A DNA stretch of 64,000 nucleotides from an uncultured Methanomassiliicoccales archaeon (GTDB taxonomy: Archaea > Thermoplasmatota > Thermoplasmata > Methanomassiliicoccales > UBA472). The notes below the pieces were generated by a model that was not told the DNA's origin, made no database searches, and saw only the letters and a program-made list of their open reading frames with translations. Numbering within the stretch: the stretch's first letter is position 1; each line of letters begins with the position of its first letter. Positions 19,050-29,263 of the stretch are shown in pieces. The DNA lies in contig OY968769.1 in the NCBI GenBank assembly GCA_963695345.1, forward strand, positions 928,001-992,000, given 5' to 3'. Position numbers and translations under genes: made by a program.

Positions 19050-19826
19050 TCATTTCGCATTTTTCCTTTCATAGATCAATGCGCCTTTCGGGCAAGCATC
19101 GACGCAACGCAGACAGAGATAGCACTCCGCCTTCCCCGCCTTCTCTCCGGCCTGGTCGGTGGGGCATATCCGTTCACATTTCCTGCAATGATTGCACGCT
19201 TCTGTTCGACGGATGGAATAAACCGGTCTGAGGGAGGCGAGAGCGGTGAAGACCCCGAACGGACAGACCAGGCGACAGAATGGCCGATAGTAGGCCAGAG
19301 AACCGATCAGGACCATTGAGAAAACCAGGGCTCCGGTCGACGCAAGGGCGAGCCCGAAGAAGTCCTTCAAACCAAACCAGCCGATTGTGTTTATTGAGAA
19401 TGCCGTTCCAAGTATGACCATGATCACCAGCGCAAGAACCCTGATCGCTTGGGTGACGGAGGGGTTTCTTGCTTGGAGCTTCGGGATGGGTACGAGGTAA
19501 AGCATCTCCTGAACCGCCCCGATTGGGCAGCCGTATCCACAGAACGCCTTTCCAAAAAGGAGGGAAGCGGCTATCACCACGGAAAGGACCGATGCCATCA
19601 CCCACAACGGGAGAGGGAGTTGCGGGTTTCCTCCCAATATTATCTGTTGGATCTGCCACGGAAACATTGGGGCGAAGAACAGGAACCCCATAACCATGGC
19701 GAAGAGAAGGAGCCCGAAACGAAGGGTCGGGGTCAGCTTTCTTCTACGCATCAGCAGGAATGGCAGAATGATGGCGAAGGCGGCAAAGGCCATCCCTGCC
19801 ACCATCGGCAGTGAGTTGGCTGCCAT
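19050..19826 (-). CDS. Membrane polyferredoxin (NapH/MauN/NosR-like 4Fe-4S binding protein)
   Basis: TM helices, FCGYGCPIG, FCRLVCPFG, CNHCRKCERICP, CYLCLRCVDACP. Confidence 0.87.
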   Translation of the reverse strand: MAANSLPMVAGMAFAAFAIILPFLLMRRRKLTPTLRFGLLLFAMVMGFLFFAPMFPWQIQQIILGGNPQLPLPLWVMASVLSVVIAASLLFGKAFCGYGCPIGAVQEMLYLVPIPKLQARNPSVTQAIRVLALVIMVILGTAFSINTIGWFGLKDFFGLALASTGALVFSMVLIGSLAYYRPFCRLVCPFGVFTALASLRPVYSIRRTEACNHCRKCERICPTDQAGEKAGKAECYLCLRCVDACPKGALIYERKNAK

Positions 19827-19827
19827 A

Positions 19828-20445
19828 TCAGCTCCTTTGCATGTCTCGGGCCGATTCAGGAGCGGGGAGAAGCTTGACCAATTCCCTAGTGATCGCCTCT
19901 TCCCGCGTTGTAAGGTCGTAGGCGAAGCCCGAACTGCGCCACTCCATCACGGCCATTCGCATGGTTCCGATGAAGATGAGCGAGAAGGTCGCCTCGTCCA
20001 CTTCGCTTCCGATCTCACCATTGGCCTTTGCCTTGCGGATCATGGACATTATTTGGGCGGCCCGGGATTTACGCCGTTCATCGAACATCCCCTTTGCTTG
20101 AGGAAATTCCCTGAAAACCTCCTCTTGGAACAATATTGACGTCGCCTCAGGGCATTTCTGGAATTCCAGGAACTGCCGCCGCATCAGGTTGGCCATTGCG
20201 CGGCGAATGTCATTCTCCCCTTCACTCTCGTTAACGATGTATTCCTTGAACACCCATTCCGCCAGTGAGTTGACGATGTCCTGTTTGTTCTCGAAGTGTC
20301 TGAAGAGGGCCGCTTCAGAGATGCCGATGCGTCTCGAGAGCTCATGCAGGGTCAGTGCATGGATCCCTTCCTCCGCCACCACCTGAAGGGCGACCCTCAA
20401 CACCTCACCCTTTCTCGTTTTGGAGTCCTTCCGTGCCGGCATCAT
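19828..20445 (-). CDS. TetR/AcrR family transcriptional regulator
   Basis: EEGIHALTLHELSRRIGISEAALFRHFENK HTH. Confidence 0.92.
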   Translation of the reverse strand: MMPARKDSKTRKGEVLRVALQVVAEEGIHALTLHELSRRIGISEAALFRHFENKQDIVNSLAEWVFKEYIVNESEGENDIRRAMANLMRRQFLEFQKCPEATSILFQEEVFREFPQAKGMFDERRKSRAAQIMSMIRKAKANGEIGSEVDEATFSLIFIGTMRMAVMEWRSSGFAYDLTTREEAITRELVKLLPAPESARDMQRS

Positions 20446-20458
20446 ATGTCATCACTAA

Positions 20459-20478
20459 GTTAGTTATCATTAACTAAC
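20459..20478. promoter_or_regulatory. Inverted repeat GTTAGTTA-N4-TAACTAAC, probable TetR operator
   Basis: Perfect 8-bp arms, 13 nt from the TetR start codon. Confidence 0.7.
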
Positions 20479-20753
20479 ATAGTTTAGCCTATACAAATGC
20501 CTTTCTCCGAGGCACGGGGCGGCTCTCGGGAGCTTCGGCCGACCGAAAAGGGATCAGCAACTGGGATGTGCGCCGTTCCTTCCATTTGTCATAAATGATT
20601 ACCGGAATTGGCAAGCATGGCAGCCTGAGGCAGGACATCAAGTACTGTTCTCAACGATGGAAATGATGCAGGAATTACAATTGGATTACATGCTGGCTAC
20701 ATTCTGCAAAAGATTATTAAACCAAACCTGTTTACTGCATGGAAGGGAGTCTG

Positions 20754-21492
20754 ATGTTCCAAGCCAAGCTAAAGTCCGAGACGCTCAAGGGTGTCGTGGA
20801 CGTCGTTTCAACGCTCATCGATGAAGCTAAGTTCAAGATCGATGCCAACGGGATCACTTTGAAGGCGGTCGACCCGGCCCATGTGGCCATGATCGACATG
20901 ACCATCGACAAGGGTGCATTCGAGCAGTTCTCCGCCAACGAGACGGAGATCGGGCTCGACCTGGACAAGCTCAGGGAGGTCATCCGTCTCTCGAAGGCGG
21001 GCGACATCATCGAGATGAAGCACGATGAGGAGCGCGGAAGGCTTGATCATATCGGTCGGCAACGTCACCAGGCGCATGAGCCTGGTATCCACCGAGGGCA
21101 TGGCGGACACCAAGGTCCCCAACCTCAACCTGCCGGCCAAGGTCGCGGTGAACGTGGAGGAGCTGCAGCGGGGCATCAAGGCCTCGGAGAGCATCTCGGA
21201 CCACATCGCCCTGACGGCGACACCGGAGCAGTTCGAGCTGCTGTCCGAGGGCGACACCGATTCGGTCACGCTCAAGCTGCCGAAGGACCTGCTGGTCTCG
21301 CTCGACTGCAAGGAGAGCATCAAGTCCCTGTTCCCCATGGACTACTTCGCCAACATGGTCCGGGCGATTCCCTCCGGGACGGTTGTCGTGATCAACCTGG
21401 GCAACGACCTGCCGGTCAAGATAGAGTTCGACTTCGCAGGCGGAAAGGGCAAGGTCAAGTACCTGCTGGCCCCGCGCATCGAGAACGACTAA
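20754..21492 (+). CDS. pcn: DNA polymerase sliding clamp PCNA (apparent +1 frameshift ~21043)
   Basis: LIDEAKF, AVDPAHVAMID, GLDLDKL, then next frame LGNDLPV..YLLAPRIE. Confidence 0.93.
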
Positions 21493-21497
21493 GGTGG

Positions 21498-22274
21498 TCA
21501 GAGCTTCAGGCTCTCCACTATCCGGGTCTCTTCCTTCGGGACATGCACCGATATCTCGATCTTGTCCCTGATCCCGGATTTCTCTATCTTGTCCCGCAAC
21601 AGCTCGTCTATCTGGAATATACCAGCCGAGTTGTTCATGGTTATGTCGACGTGGATCGGGATATCCTTCCCCTCGACCACCCGCACCTTTTCGATGGCCA
21701 GGGCGGACACTGAATGAATGTTGATGCTTCCCGCGCGGAACGGCACCCGGGCCCTGCCCTTCTCCATGTCCAGGGCATCGGCCACTCGCACCACCCCGGC
21801 CTCCAGGGTGAGCGGGAATATGTCCTCGTGGTGCGAGATCATGGCGTGCATGGTCTCCACCATCATGATGGTCCGCTCGGCCTCGTCGTAGAGGCCTTCC
21901 AGCATTCGCTTGATGATCGGCGGGGCCAGCATGAGGGACATCTCCTCATGGTTGGTCCGGTGGATCGAATGTCCGATGTCGTGCAAGGAAGCGGCGAGAA
22001 CCACCACCACCTCTGCGTCGGAGATGCCCAGCCCGTAGTTCTTCACGACGCTCGGCTTCATTCCCTTGTCGACCAGCATCTGGAGCATCTTGAGCGCCAG
22101 TTTGGAGACGATCTTGATGTGCGTGGGACCATGATCTGAATAGCCCATGCGGTCTATGGCGGTGATGTTGGACGCCTTCCACAGGGTGCGAACCTCGACA
22201 TCGTTGTTGAGCCTCTCCACCACCTGCTCGAGGACCGCATTCCCCCCACACGGGATATCGTAACAGTACGCCAT
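21498..22274 (-). CDS. HD-domain metal-dependent phosphohydrolase
   Basis: DHGPTH, LHDIGH, VADALD..GRAR; start taken at MAYCYD. Confidence 0.85.
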   Translation of the reverse strand: MAYCYDIPCGGNAVLEQVVERLNNDVEVRTLWKASNITAIDRMGYSDHGPTHIKIVSKLALKMLQMLVDKGMKPSVVKNYGLGISDAEVVVVLAASLHDIGHSIHRTNHEEMSLMLAPPIIKRMLEGLYDEAERTIMMVETMHAMISHHEDIFPLTLEAGVVRVADALDMEKGRARVPFRAGSINIHSVSALAIEKVRVVEGKDIPIHVDITMNNSAGIFQIDELLRDKIEKSGIRDKIEISVHVPKEETRIVESLKL

Positions 22275-22479
22275 CGAGGTCAGTATCTGAATGCTATCAG
22301 TATTAAATGGAGCGCGTGGATACAGAAGTTGGCAGGTCGTTTTTTCCCTGCAATTCAAGGCACGACCGGTCCAAGTGTCCGCCAAATATTCCACCGACCG
22401 ACCATTGGTGGGCACAAAAAGTTATTAAATAGAACCGGGCCATTGACCAACCCCCATCCCATCCTTAGAGGTGCTCTTC

Positions 22480-23318
22480 GTGTCCTCGTACAACGACGAT
22501 ACCATCCTTAACCTAGAGAAAAAAGCCAACATACTCCGCCGCCACGTCATCCGCATGACGCATCGCCGCCGGGTCAGGACATCCCGGCGGATCGCTTTCC
22601 TCCGCGGACATTGTGACCGCCCTTTTCTTCGATATCATGAACCACCGGTCCAAGGAGCTGGATTGGCCGGACCGGGACCGTTTCGTGCTGTCCAAGGGAC
22701 ACGCCGCGCCGATCTATTATGCGGCGCTGGCGGAGAGCGGGTACTTTCCGGTCGAGGAGCTGGGCACGCTGCGAAAGATGGGTTGCCGCTTGCAGGGGCA
22801 CCCCTGCCGGACCAAGACCCCGGGAGTGGAGATGTCCACCGGTTCGCTGGGGCAGGGCCTGAGCGCGGCCAACGGGATGGCGTTGGCGGCCAAGCTGGAC
22901 AAGAGATCGTATCGGGTCTACTGCATCTGCGGCGACGGCGAGATGGCCGAAGGGCAGATCTGGGAGGCGGCCATGCTGGCATCCCACTACAAACTCGACA
23001 ACGTGCTGGCTTTCGTGGACCGGAACAAGCTCCAGATCGACGGCACCACCGAGAGCATCATGTCCCTGGAACCGCTGGCGGACAAGTGGAAGGCCTTCGG
23101 ATGGAACGTCCTGGAGATCGACGGACATGACATGCGGCAGATCCTCGACGCGGCGGACCAGGCCAAAGAGACCAAGGGCAGGCCGACCGTGGTCATCGCT
23201 CACACCATCAAGGGCAAGGGAGTCTCCTTCATGGAGAACAACCTGGCATTCCATGGCAAATCGCCCACCGCGGACGAGACCGCAGCGCGCCCTGAGGGAA
23301 CTGGGGGAAGACCAATGA
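22480..23318 (+). CDS. tktA: Transketolase N-terminal subunit (frameshifts ~22563, ~23280)
   Basis: SGHPGGSLS, DRFVLSKGHA, LQGHP, TGSLGQG, GDGE..EG..WEA TPP motif. Confidence 0.9.
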
Positions 23319-24258
23319 AGTGGACCTACAGCAGCCAAAGGAAGGAGTACGGCAAGGCGCTGGTCGAGCTGGGACGCTCCAGGAGCGACATCGTGGTGCT
23401 CGACGCGGACCTGTCCGGCTCGACCACGGACCGTCGATTTCGGCAAGGAGTTCCCGGAACGCTTCTTCAATGTCGGCATCGCCGAGCAGAACATGATCGG
23501 CACCGCCGCTGGGTTGGCGGCATCCGGCAAGACCGTGTTCGCTTCGACCTTCGCGGTCTTCGCCACCGGCCGTTGCTTCGACCAGATCAGGCAATCGATA
23601 GCCTATCCGAAGATGAACGTCAAGATCGCCGCCACCCATGCCGGCATCAGCGTGGGCGGAGACGGAGCGTCGCACCAGACCATGGAGGACATCGCCCTGA
23701 TGCATACCCTTCCTAACATGACCATCGTGGTCCCGGCGGACGCCACAGAGGCATTCAAGGCGACCAAGGCGGTGGCCGCCCGGTCCGGACCCTGCTACCT
23801 GCGCATGGGACGCGTTGACGTGCCCAACCTCACCGACATCAACACTCCATTCGAGATCGGAAAGGCAACGATGCCGAGGGATGGTTCCGACGTGACCCTG
23901 GTCGGTACCGGTCAGATGGTCTCGGCCTGCCTGGAGGCGGCGGAGACTCTGAAGACCAAGGGCATCTCGGCCCGGGTGATCAACATGTCAACGGTCAAAC
24001 CGCTGGATGAGGAAGCGATGCACAAGGCCGCCGCCGAGACCGGAGGGATCGTGACCGCTGAGGAGCACAATGTCATCTCCGGTCTGGGTTCATACGTCGC
24101 TTCTTATCTGGTGGAGCACCGCCCCGTACCGATGAAGCGTCGTGGGCATGGCCGACGTGTTCGGCGAATCGGGTGAGAGCGATGAGCTCATGACGAAATA
24201 CGGGCTCACGATGGACAAGGTCGTAGAGGCCGCAGAGGAAGTAATCAGGAGGCGTTAG
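23315..24258 (+). CDS. tktB: Transketolase C-terminal subunit (frameshifts ~23426, ~24140)
   Basis: [33 protein letters not shown]; ATGA overlap with upstream subunit. Confidence 0.9.
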
Positions 24259-24259
24259 G

Positions 24260-24910
24260 ATGAAGATCTTCATTGACACGGCGAACATCGAACAGATCAA
24301 AGAGGTAAACAGCTGGGGAATCCTGGACGGAGTGACCACGAACCCGTCGCTCGTGGCCAAGGAGAACAAGGACTTCTCGCACCCTGGTCAAGGAGATCTG
24401 CGCCGTCGTTGACGGACCGATCAGCGTCGAGGCGGTCAGCATCACGGCCGCGGAGATCGTTCCCGGAGGCAAGGAAGATCGCCGCCGGCAACAAGAACAT
24501 CGTGGTCAAGATCCCGATGACCGAGGAAGGCCTGAAAGCCACCAAGATACTGGCCTCCGAGGGCATCAAGATCAACATGACCCTGATATTCTCGGCCAAC
24601 CAGGCTCTGCTGGCGGCAAAGGCGGGCGCGCGCTACGTCTCGCCCGTTCGTGGGCAGGCTGGACGACATCGGCCAGAACGGCATGGACCTGATCGCCGAG
24701 ATCATGGACATCCTGGAGAACTACGAGTTCGACTGCGAGGTCATCGTGGCGTCGGTGCGCGACCCGATCCATGTGACCGAGGCGGCCAGGCTCGGGGCGC
24801 ACGTGGCGACCATCCCCTACGACGTCCTGAAGAAGATGTTCAAGCACCCGCTCACCGATTCCGGGATCGAGAAGTTCCTGAAGGACTGGGAAAAGGTCAG
24901 CAAGAAGTAA
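24260..24910 (+). CDS. tal: Transaldolase / fructose-6-phosphate aldolase family (three +1 frameshifts)
   Basis: [20 protein letters not shown] (Schiff-base Lys), NMTLIFS, YVSPF-GRLDD, ASVR, HPLTD. Confidence 0.9.
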
Positions 24911-24994
24911 CGGGCCATCTGCCCCCTTGCCCCGGGCCGCCGGATGGCGGCATACCATTTCTTTTATAGCTAGCTAGGCCTACAAAAACAGCGA

Positions 24995-25866
24995 ATGGCA
25001 TCTCCGTTCAAGGACCAGAGACTGATGTTCCTTGCAGCGGCGATTATTGCGGTCATAACGGCCGTGGTGTTGATCGCGAATGTCAGTATCGCGAGCGGTC
25101 AGGGTGTGGATATCGGCCGCGACGTCATGGAAACGCTGACCGCCACGATCACGCAGATAATGGTGGCATTCTGGATCCTTCTGATTGGCTACCTGGTGTT
25201 TCGATACCTCAGCAATAGAAAAAAGATATCCGGGACGAAAATGGAAGTGAAGGCCGGCCACGGTCAGAGCCTGCTTCCCTATGCCATCCTCCTGCTGGCC
25301 CTCTGGCTATTCGTCTTCCTGCTCAGACCTTTCGATCCGGAGGGATCCTGAACGGACAGCCGGGGACAGACGCGGGAGAGGACAACATCACCACGCCCCT
25401 GCCGGAAGCATCCCCTCAGAACATGTCGATGGTTCTTCCCTTGGTGGTGGTCCTGTTCGCACTGGCATCCATCATCGTGATTTGGAGGTTTCTTCGCCGG
25501 AATGATACGCTGGCGGTCGCTGGTCCGGAGTCCAGGAGGGAAAATGCGATGGCGGTCCTTGATCAAGCCGTCATCTCGCTCTATGCCGGAGAGGACCCTC
25601 GTTCCACGGTCATACGAACATACCAGAGGATGTGCCTCCTGGTGCAGGCGGGGAAGATCGAGGATGAGGCCTTCCTCACCCCCAAGGAGTTCGCCGTCAG
25701 GGCGGCCAAGGAACTGGGATGGAAGGCGGGCCCCCTGGAGGAGCTTACTGCGTTATTCGAAGAGGCCCGCTATAGCCGACATGAGATGGGCGAGCCGGAA
25801 AAGGCGCGGGCCATTAATTCGTTCGAGAGCCTGAGGGAGAGCCTGGAGGCGAGGCAAACTGGCTGA
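24995..25866 (+). CDS. DUF4129-type membrane protein (apparent -1 frameshift ~25343)
   Basis: Several TM helices; C-terminal TPKEFA..LTALFEEARYS signature. Confidence 0.75.
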
Positions 25867-25891
25867 ACCGCTCAAGGATGGAAGGAGAATC

Positions 25892-26473
25892 ATGGAGAGC
25901 ATATGGGAAAGCGATCCCGAGCAGCGGGAAGGCTTTCCCTTCGGAATGGCGATCGTAATACTGACCTTCGTCCTTACCATCATGGCGGTCTTCCTTTCCA
26001 CCCAGGGAGAGTCCCGAAGCGGCGAGGACGTCAGGTGGATCTTGTTCGTTGCACTGGTCATCATATTGTGCCTATTCGTCATCAGATGGACCTATCCTAA
26101 ACGTGCCTGGTATGAGGGCGAAGGGCGTTTCATTGACATCAAGGACGTGGAGTTCAAGCAAGGTCTGAACAAGAACAATGTGCAAGAGGCGCTGGAAGGC
26201 AATATCTTCAGCCAGGTCAATCTGTTACAAGATCTGAAGGTGACATTCTCGAACAAGGTGATGGTGCACAGGCACCTCACGATAGCGGATCTGAGGAATG
26301 CGATCGAAAAAGGGACGGCGGGGCAGATGACCAAGGACATCGACCTGACCTGGATCCTAAAAGCGACCACCAAGGACATGGAGGACCTACTGCTGGACGA
26401 GTCCAATGGTATCCGCGCCAATTTCTACAGGTGGCTGTCAGATATGTTAAGGAAGGTGGAAGAGTGGCATTGA
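25892..26473 (+). CDS. Hypothetical membrane protein in MoxR operon
   Basis: Two N-terminal TM helices, AGGAG upstream, stop overlaps moxR start. Confidence 0.75.
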   Translation: MESIWESDPEQREGFPFGMAIVILTFVLTIMAVFLSTQGESRSGEDVRWILFVALVIILCLFVIRWTYPKRAWYEGEGRFIDIKDVEFKQGLNKNNVQEALEGNIFSQVNLLQDLKVTFSNKVMVHRHLTIADLRNAIEKGTAGQMTKDIDLTWILKATTKDMEDLLLDESNGIRANFYRWLSDMLRKVEEWH

Positions 26474-27420
26474 AAGTAGAAGATGTGAAGGCCAAGTGCG
26501 AAACGATCCTGGACGAGGTGGGTAAGATGATCGTCGGAAAGCGGGAGGTGACCGAGAGGGTCATGCTGGCCATACTCTGTGACGGACACATACTTCTGGA
26601 GGACTACCCCGGCTTGGCCAAGACCATGATGGCAAACACATTCGCCCAGGCAAGCGGATGCGAGTTCAAACGGGTGCAGTTCACTCCCGACCTCCTGCCC
26701 GCGGATATCACCGGTTCATACATACTCGACCGGGCTTCATCATCGTTTGTCCTGAGAAAGGGGCCCCTCTTCACCAACATCCTTCTGGCGGACGAGATCA
26801 ACCGCGCACCTCCGAAGACCCAGGCGGCTTTGCTGGAGTCCATGCAGGAGAGGCAGGTGACGCTGGAGGGTGAGACCCACAAGCTGAACCGACCCTTCAT
26901 CGTGATGGCCACCCAGAACCCAATAGAATACGAGGGGACCTATCCGCTGCCAGAAGCTCAGATCGACCGTTTCCTGATCAGGACCAAGGTAGGTTACCCT
27001 TCCAAGGAGGAGGAGATGACCATCCTAAGGCGTCGCCGACTGAGAGGGAAGGAGGACGCCGATGTCAAGAGCGTATGTTCACCAGAGGACATCCTGGATC
27101 TCCAGAAGGCCGTGGAGGGCATTCATGTCGATGATGCCATCGACCAATACATCGTGTCAATAGTGGAGGCGACCAGACACCTGGATCAGGTGGAGGTGGG
27201 GGCGTCTCCGAGAGGCTCGCTGGCCCTGATGCGGCTATCATCGGCCAAGGCGGCCATATCCGGGAGGGACTATGTGACGCCGGAGGACGTCTACGCGATG
27301 GCCGAGCCAGCCCTTGCCCATCGCCTGATCCTTGCTGCCGACCCATGGATCAGAGGGGTCCGGGCGGAAGACGTACTGGATGCGCTGATCAGGAGCATTC
27401 CGGTCCCGAAGGTCGATTGA
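26470..27420 (+). CDS. moxR: MoxR-family AAA+ ATPase
   Basis: HILLEDYPGLAKT, RVQFTPDLLPADITG, LADEINRAPPKTQAALLE, ATQNPIE.EGTYPLPEAQ.DRF, GASPR. Confidence 0.95.
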   Translation: MKVEDVKAKCETILDEVGKMIVGKREVTERVMLAILCDGHILLEDYPGLAKTMMANTFAQASGCEFKRVQFTPDLLPADITGSYILDRASSSFVLRKGPLFTNILLADEINRAPPKTQAALLESMQERQVTLEGETHKLNRPFIVMATQNPIEYEGTYPLPEAQIDRFLIRTKVGYPSKEEEMTILRRRRLRGKEDADVKSVCSPEDILDLQKAVEGIHVDDAIDQYIVSIVEATRHLDQVEVGASPRGSLALMRLSSAKAAISGRDYVTPEDVYAMAEPALAHRLILAADPWIRGVRAEDVLDALIRSIPVPKVD

Positions 27421-27421
27421 A

Positions 27422-28675
27422 TTGCGCACCCGCACCGGCGGCGCTATCCTGGGAGCGACATCATTCTTCCTGGTCATGGGCCTGACCCTTCACAGATGGG
27501 AGATCGTTTCGTTGATAGTGCCACTGATCATGATGGTTGCCCTGGAACCGCTGATGTTCCGGCGGACCGGAATGGACCTGGTGATCACACGGACGTTCGA
27601 CCGGGACCGGCCCCAGAAAGGAGAGGAGATCGAGGTCTCGATGCAGATAGTGAACCGGGGAGAACGATTCCATTTCGCACAGCTCGAGGACAAACTTCCT
27701 GAGGGAGTCCTTCTGGCGTCCGGCACCAACCGTTTTCCGATCGGGATGGCCAGAGGGGCGACCGCCTTGGTCCAATATTCACTGACCCTGCCGGGGAGGG
27801 GCAGGTTCCTGTTCTGCGAAGTTGAGGTCACCTCAACCGATCCCTTGTTCCAGACAACCCGATCGGTCACATACAGCGTGCAAGGCCAGCTGGAGGTCAC
27901 CCCGCGCGTCCAGGAGATGAAGAGGCTGGTCATCCAACCGACCCGGGTCCGGATGCACGCCGGGAACATCAGGTCAAAACTACTGGGGCCAGGAACCGAG
28001 TTCTTCGCCCTAAGGGACTATCGCTCAGGCGACTCGCTCCGGCACGTCAACTGGAAGGCCTCGGCCAAACGTGATCGGATGGTGACGAACGATTACGCGA
28101 CGGAACGGAGCGGGGACGTCACCATCATCGTCGATGCCCGGACGGTCGATGGATACGAGAATCTGGAGGCGACGATCGAGGCGGCGGCTTCCTTATCCTC
28201 TTACTTCTTGAAGGCAAGGGACCGCGTGGGCATGATCATAGTTGGCGAGGTCGTGGACGTGATCCGTTCGTATTACGGAAAACGTCAGATGCAGAAGATC
28301 ATGGACCATCTGACAGAAACCAGGCCCGGACTGGTCCGTTCGGCAATGAGCATCCGTCTGGCATTGAACCGTTACTTCCGGGAGGATTCCATGCTGCTGT
28401 TGATCACGACCCTTAACGACGGCGGTATGGTGGACACCGCGAAAGAACTGGTGGTAAAAGGACATCACCTGGTGGTAATCTCGCCGCGGCCGGTAGGGAA
28501 TGAACGGCCGGGGGATAGGGCGAGTGAGATCGTAGGCCGGATGGGTGCCCTGCGTCGCGCTGACGCCCTGTTCGAGCTGGGCAATTTCTGCAAAGTTGTC
28601 GACTGGGAGACGAACAAGCCCTTGACGATGTTCTTCCAGGAGGTGAGGGGTTGCCAGCAGGAGAAGGGCCACTGA
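27422..28675 (+). CDS. DUF58 (VWA-like) MoxR partner protein
   Basis: GTEFFALRDY..GD..RHVNWKASA, DRVG, N-terminal TM. Confidence 0.9.
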   Translation: MRTRTGGAILGATSFFLVMGLTLHRWEIVSLIVPLIMMVALEPLMFRRTGMDLVITRTFDRDRPQKGEEIEVSMQIVNRGERFHFAQLEDKLPEGVLLASGTNRFPIGMARGATALVQYSLTLPGRGRFLFCEVEVTSTDPLFQTTRSVTYSVQGQLEVTPRVQEMKRLVIQPTRVRMHAGNIRSKLLGPGTEFFALRDYRSGDSLRHVNWKASAKRDRMVTNDYATERSGDVTIIVDARTVDGYENLEATIEAAASLSSYFLKARDRVGMIIVGEVVDVIRSYYGKRQMQKIMDHLTETRPGLVRSAMSIRLALNRYFREDSMLLLITTLNDGGMVDTAKELVVKGHHLVVISPRPVGNERPGDRASEIVGRMGALRRADALFELGNFCKVVDWETNKPLTMFFQEVRGCQQEKGH

Positions 28676-29238
28676 GGGCACATTTCATTGTCCTCAGATA
28701 CTCCTCGATCGCATTGATGTTCCTGGCGGTCATCGCCACGCTCATGTCCCATTCCCAGGACGATGTCGTGGTTCCGGGAGCACTCCTGCTGGCAGGGGCA
28801 ACAGCTGGCGCGATCTCCTTGCGACTGGCCTGGGCTGTGGGGTTCAGGTTCCTGTTCGGGGCAGTGGCGGTCCTATCGGCGTTCTGGGCGGAGATTAATG
28901 ATAACGCACCGTTCTATGTGGGATGGGGCGTATTGATCCTCGGCATGGGGGCGCTCCTGGTCGGCGGACTGTCTTTGGAAACGAGCTATCTGGCGACCAT
29001 GAAGGCCCGGCCGGGAAAAATATCCGTTGGGGCGGTTGCCCTAGGAAGGATGGCCCTGATGCTGGGGATCTATCTCCTGATGGTAATGATGGTCGGTCTG
29101 GCGGCGGTGATCGTATCGTTCGTCTTCATCATGGAGAGCTTCCCGCTATGGGCAGTCGGGGTAACGACGGTCGGACTGGTGCTGATGGTGGCATACTTGG
29201 TCTCGAAAGGTGCCGAGGTGACCGACCAAAGTGGTTAA
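28651..29238 (+). CDS. Hypothetical multi-pass membrane protein
   Basis: About six hydrophobic segments; overlaps DUF58 gene end. Confidence 0.7.
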   Translation: MPAGEGPLRAHFIVLRYSSIALMFLAVIATLMSHSQDDVVVPGALLLAGATAGAISLRLAWAVGFRFLFGAVAVLSAFWAEINDNAPFYVGWGVLILGMGALLVGGLSLETSYLATMKARPGKISVGAVALGRMALMLGIYLLMVMMVGLAAVIVSFVFIMESFPLWAVGVTTVGLVLMVAYLVSKGAEVTDQSG

Positions 29239-29263
29239 TATCGGCGCAGATTTGCATAGGGTA

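Noticed and set aside
14520-21050. Insertions immediately before GATC in nadC and pcn, hinting at methylation-linked errors
   Set aside because: Only a few of ~20 indels are near GATC, and GATC is very frequent here
20754-24910. Programmed frameshifting or pseudogenisation of pcn, tkt and tal
   Set aside because: No shared slippery motif, several shifts per gene, an essential gene affected, no nonsense decay; sequencing error is more parsimonious
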